64,000 nucleotides of DNA from Squalus acanthias (taxonomy: Eukaryota): positions 434,001-498,000 of the forward strand of contig JASTWF010000338.1 in the NCBI GenBank assembly GCA_030390025.1, written 5' to 3'. Numbering within the stretch: position 1 is the stretch's first letter; the number at the start of each line of letters is the position of its first letter. This document shows, in pieces, positions 60,858-64,000 of the stretch. The position numbers were made by a program, and so were the translations under genes. Under the pieces are notes generated by a model that worked only from the letters and a program-made list of their open reading frames with translations, was not told the DNA's origin and did not search any database.

Positions 60858-61938
60858 TCTCTCCTCCTCTTTTCCCCCGGGATGTGTTCCACACTCTGGG
60901 CCTTGGGCCTTGCCCGGGGATTCTCAGTATGAACAGGTGGGATGTGTTTTGAGACAGGGTGTCACCGCTCTCCTCCTCTTTTCCCCCTTGGTTGTGTTCC
61001 ACACTCTGGGCCTTGGGCCTTGCCCGGGGATTCTCAGTATGAACAGGTGGGGTGTGTTTTGAGACAGGGTGTCTCCGCTCTCCTCCTCTTTCCCCGGGGT
61101 GTGTCCACACTCTGGGCCTTGGGCCTTGCCCGGGGATTCTCAGTATGAACAGGTGGGATGTGTTTTGAGACAGGGTGTCCCGCTCTCCTCCTCTTTTCCC
61201 CGGGGTGTGTCCACACTCTGGGCCTTGGGCCTTGCCCGGGGATTCTCAGTATGAACAGGTGGGGTGTGTTTTGAGACAGGGTGTCTCCGCTCTCCTCCTC
61301 TTTTCCCCGGGGTGTGTCCACACTCTGGGCCTTGGGCCTTGCCCGGGGATTCTCAGTATGAACAGGTGGGGTGTGTTTTGAGACAGGGTGTCCCCGCTCT
61401 CCTCCTCTTTCCCCGGGGTGTGTCCACACTCTGGGCCTTGGGCCTTGCCCGGGGATTCTCAGTATGAACAGGTGGGGTGTGTTTTGAGACAGGGTGTCCC
61501 CGCTCTCCTCCTCTTTCCCCCGGGGTGTGTTCCACACTCTGGGCCTTGGGCCTTGCCCGGGGATTCTCAGTATGAACAGGTGGGGTGTGTTTTGAGACAG
61601 GGTGTCTCCGCTCTCCTCCTCTCTCCCCGGGGTGTGTCCACACTCTGGGCCTTGGGCCTTGCCCGGGGATTCTCAGTATGAACAGGTGGGGTGTGTTTTG
61701 AGACAGGGTGTCCCCGCTCTCCTCCTCTTTTCCCCGGGGTGTGTCCACACTCTGGGCCTTGGGCCTTCCCCGGGGATTCTCAGTATGAACAGGTGGGGTG
61801 TGTTTTGAGACAGGGTGTCCCCGCACTCCTCCTCTTTCCCCCGGGGTGTCTCCACACTCTGGGCCTTGGGCCTTCCCCGGGGATTCTCAGTATGAACAGG
61901 TGGGGTGTGTTTGGAGACAGGGTGTCCCCGCTCTCCAC
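60858..61938 (+). repeat. ~107-bp tandem repeat, 10 copies
   Basis: GATTCTCAGTATGAACAGGTGG recurs at ~106-110 bp spacing from 60919 to 61882. Confidence 0.97.
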
Positions 61939-62046
61939 CTTTAAAGGGACAAGGAGACGACCAGCTGGGCTGAATGGCCCTGCTTTATGACATCACTGCA
62001 GTGCCTAGCAACCAATCTCCCTGAGCCATGCTCATTATGGGCTGGC

Positions 62047-64000
62047 AGAGTTTGATGGGACAGTGCAGAGGGAGCTTTACTCTGTATCTAACCCGTGCTG
62101 CACCTGCCCTGGGAGTGTTTGATGGAACAGTGTAGAGGGAGCTTTACTCTGTATCTAACCCGTGCTGCACCGGCCCTGGGAGTGTTTGATGGGATAGTGT
62201 AGAGGGAGCTTTACTTTGTATCAAACCTGTGCGGTACCTGCCCTGGGAGTGATTGATGGGACAGTGTAGAGGGAGCTTTAGTCTGTATATAACCCGTGCT
62301 GTTCCTGCCCTGGCAGTGTTTGATGGGACAGTGCTGTGGGGGTTTTACTCTGTATCTGACACCGTGCTGTACCTGCCTTGTGAGTGATTGGTTGGACAGT
62401 GCAGAGAGAGCTTTACTCTTTCTAACCCGTGCTGTACGTGCCCTGGGAGTGTTTGATGGGACAGTGTAGAGGGAGCTTTACTCTGTATCGAACCTGTGCT
62501 CGACATGCCCTGGGAGTGTTTGATGGGACACTGTAGAGGGAGCTTTACTCTGTATCTAACCCGTGCTGTACCTGCTCTGGGAGTGTTTGATGGGACACTG
62601 TAGAGGGACCTTTACTCTGTATCTAACCTGTGCTGGAACTGCCCTGGGAGTGTTTGATGGGACAGTGTAGAGGGAGCTTTACTCTTTATCTAACCCGTGC
62701 TGTACCTGCCCTGGGAGTGTTTGATGGGACAGTGTGGAGGGAGCTTTCCTCTGTATCGAACCCGTGCTGTACCTGCCCTGATAGTGTTTGATGGGACACT
62801 GTAGAGGGAGCTTTACTCTGTATCTAACCTGTGCTGGAACTGCCCTGGGAGTGTTTGATGGGACACTGTAGAGGGAGCTTTACTCTGTATCTGACCCGTG
62901 CTGTACCTGCCCTGGGAGTGTTTGATGGGACACTGTAGAGGGAGCTTTACTCTGTATCTACCCTGTGCTGGAACTGCCCTGGGAGTGTTTGATGGGACAG
63001 TGTTGAGGGAGCTTTACTCTGTATCTAACCCGTGCTGTACCTGCCCTGGGAGTGTTTGATGGGACAGTGTGGAGGGAGCTTTCCTCTGTATCTAACCCGT
63101 GCTGTACCTACCCTGGGAGTATTTGATGGGACAGTGTAGAGCGAGCTTTACTCTGTATCTAACCTGTGCTGTACCTACCCTGGGAGTGTTTGGTGGGACA
63201 GTGTCGAGAGAGCTTTACTCTGTATCTTACCCGTGCTGTACCTGCCCTGGGAGTGCTTGATGGAACAGTGCAGAGGGAGCTTTACTCTGTCTCTAACCCC
63301 GTAGTGTACCTACCCTGGGAGTGTTTGATGGGACAGTGTAGAGGGAGCTTTACTTGGAATTAACCCGTGCTGCACCTGCCCTGGCAGTGTTTGATGGGAC
63401 AGTGTAGAGGGAGCTTTACTCTGCATCTAACCCGTGCTGTGCCTTCCCTGGGTGTGTTTGATGCGACAGTGTAGAGGGAGCTTTACTCTGTATCTAAACC
63501 ATGCTGTACCTGCCCTAGGAGTGTTTGATGGGATAGTGTAAAGGGAGCTTTCCTCTGTATCTAACCCGTGCTGTACCTGCCCTGGGAGTTTTTGATGGGA
63601 CAGTGTAAAGGGAGCTTCACTCTGTATCTAACCCGTGCTGTACCTGCCCTGGGAGTGTTTGATGGGATAGTGTAAAGGGAGCTTTACTCTGTATCTAACC
63701 CGTGCTGTAGCTGCCCTGGGAGTGTTTGATGGGACAGAAAAGAGCGATTTTTACGCTGTATCTAACCCGTGCTGTACCTGCCCTGGCAGTGTTTGATGGG
63801 ACAGTGCAGAGGGAGGTTTACTCTGTATCTAAACCATGCTGTACCTGCCCTAGGAGTGTTTGATGGGATAGTGTAAAGGGAGATTTACACTGTATGTAAC
63901 CCGCGCTGTGCCTTCCCTGGGAGTGTTTGATGGGACAGTGTAGAGGGAGCTGTACTTTGTATTTAACCCGTGCTGTACCTGCCCTGGGAGTGTTTGATGG
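62047..64000 (+). repeat. 67-bp satellite, ~29 copies, runs off the window
   Basis: Unit GGGAGTGTTTGATGGGACAGTGTAGAGGGAGCTTTACTCTGTATCTAACCCGTGCTGTACCTGCCCT. Confidence 0.97.

Overview
Vertebrate genomic DNA, most likely from a cartilaginous fish. This is inferred from the HE1/V-SINE-type and DeuSINE-type SINEs, the abundant CR1 LINEs and the style of the zinc-finger genes. The window is a birth-and-death cluster of tandem C2H2 zinc-finger genes with no visible KRAB, SCAN or BTB domain. There are four 'A-type' copies starting MEAES (one intact at 49806-50819, three with premature stops), two 'B-type' copies and three heavily decayed copies. All were built by direct and inverted segmental duplication. 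Several copies share a CpG-rich promoter cassette (ZNF143/Staf, NRF1 and YY1 motifs), a non-coding first exon and an intronic minisatellite. The intervening DNA is mostly nested CR1 fragments, including one near-full-length element with an SGNH-esterase ORF1, plus at least eight tandem arrays; two of these traceably derive from mobile-element ends. The most notable non-coding feature is two Penelope-like families whose tails carry six minimal hammerhead-ribozyme motifs. Two of those insertions have inverted tails, target-site duplications and matching empty sites in paralogous blocks within the window. All coordinates and alignments were read by eye; no database search or folding program was run.
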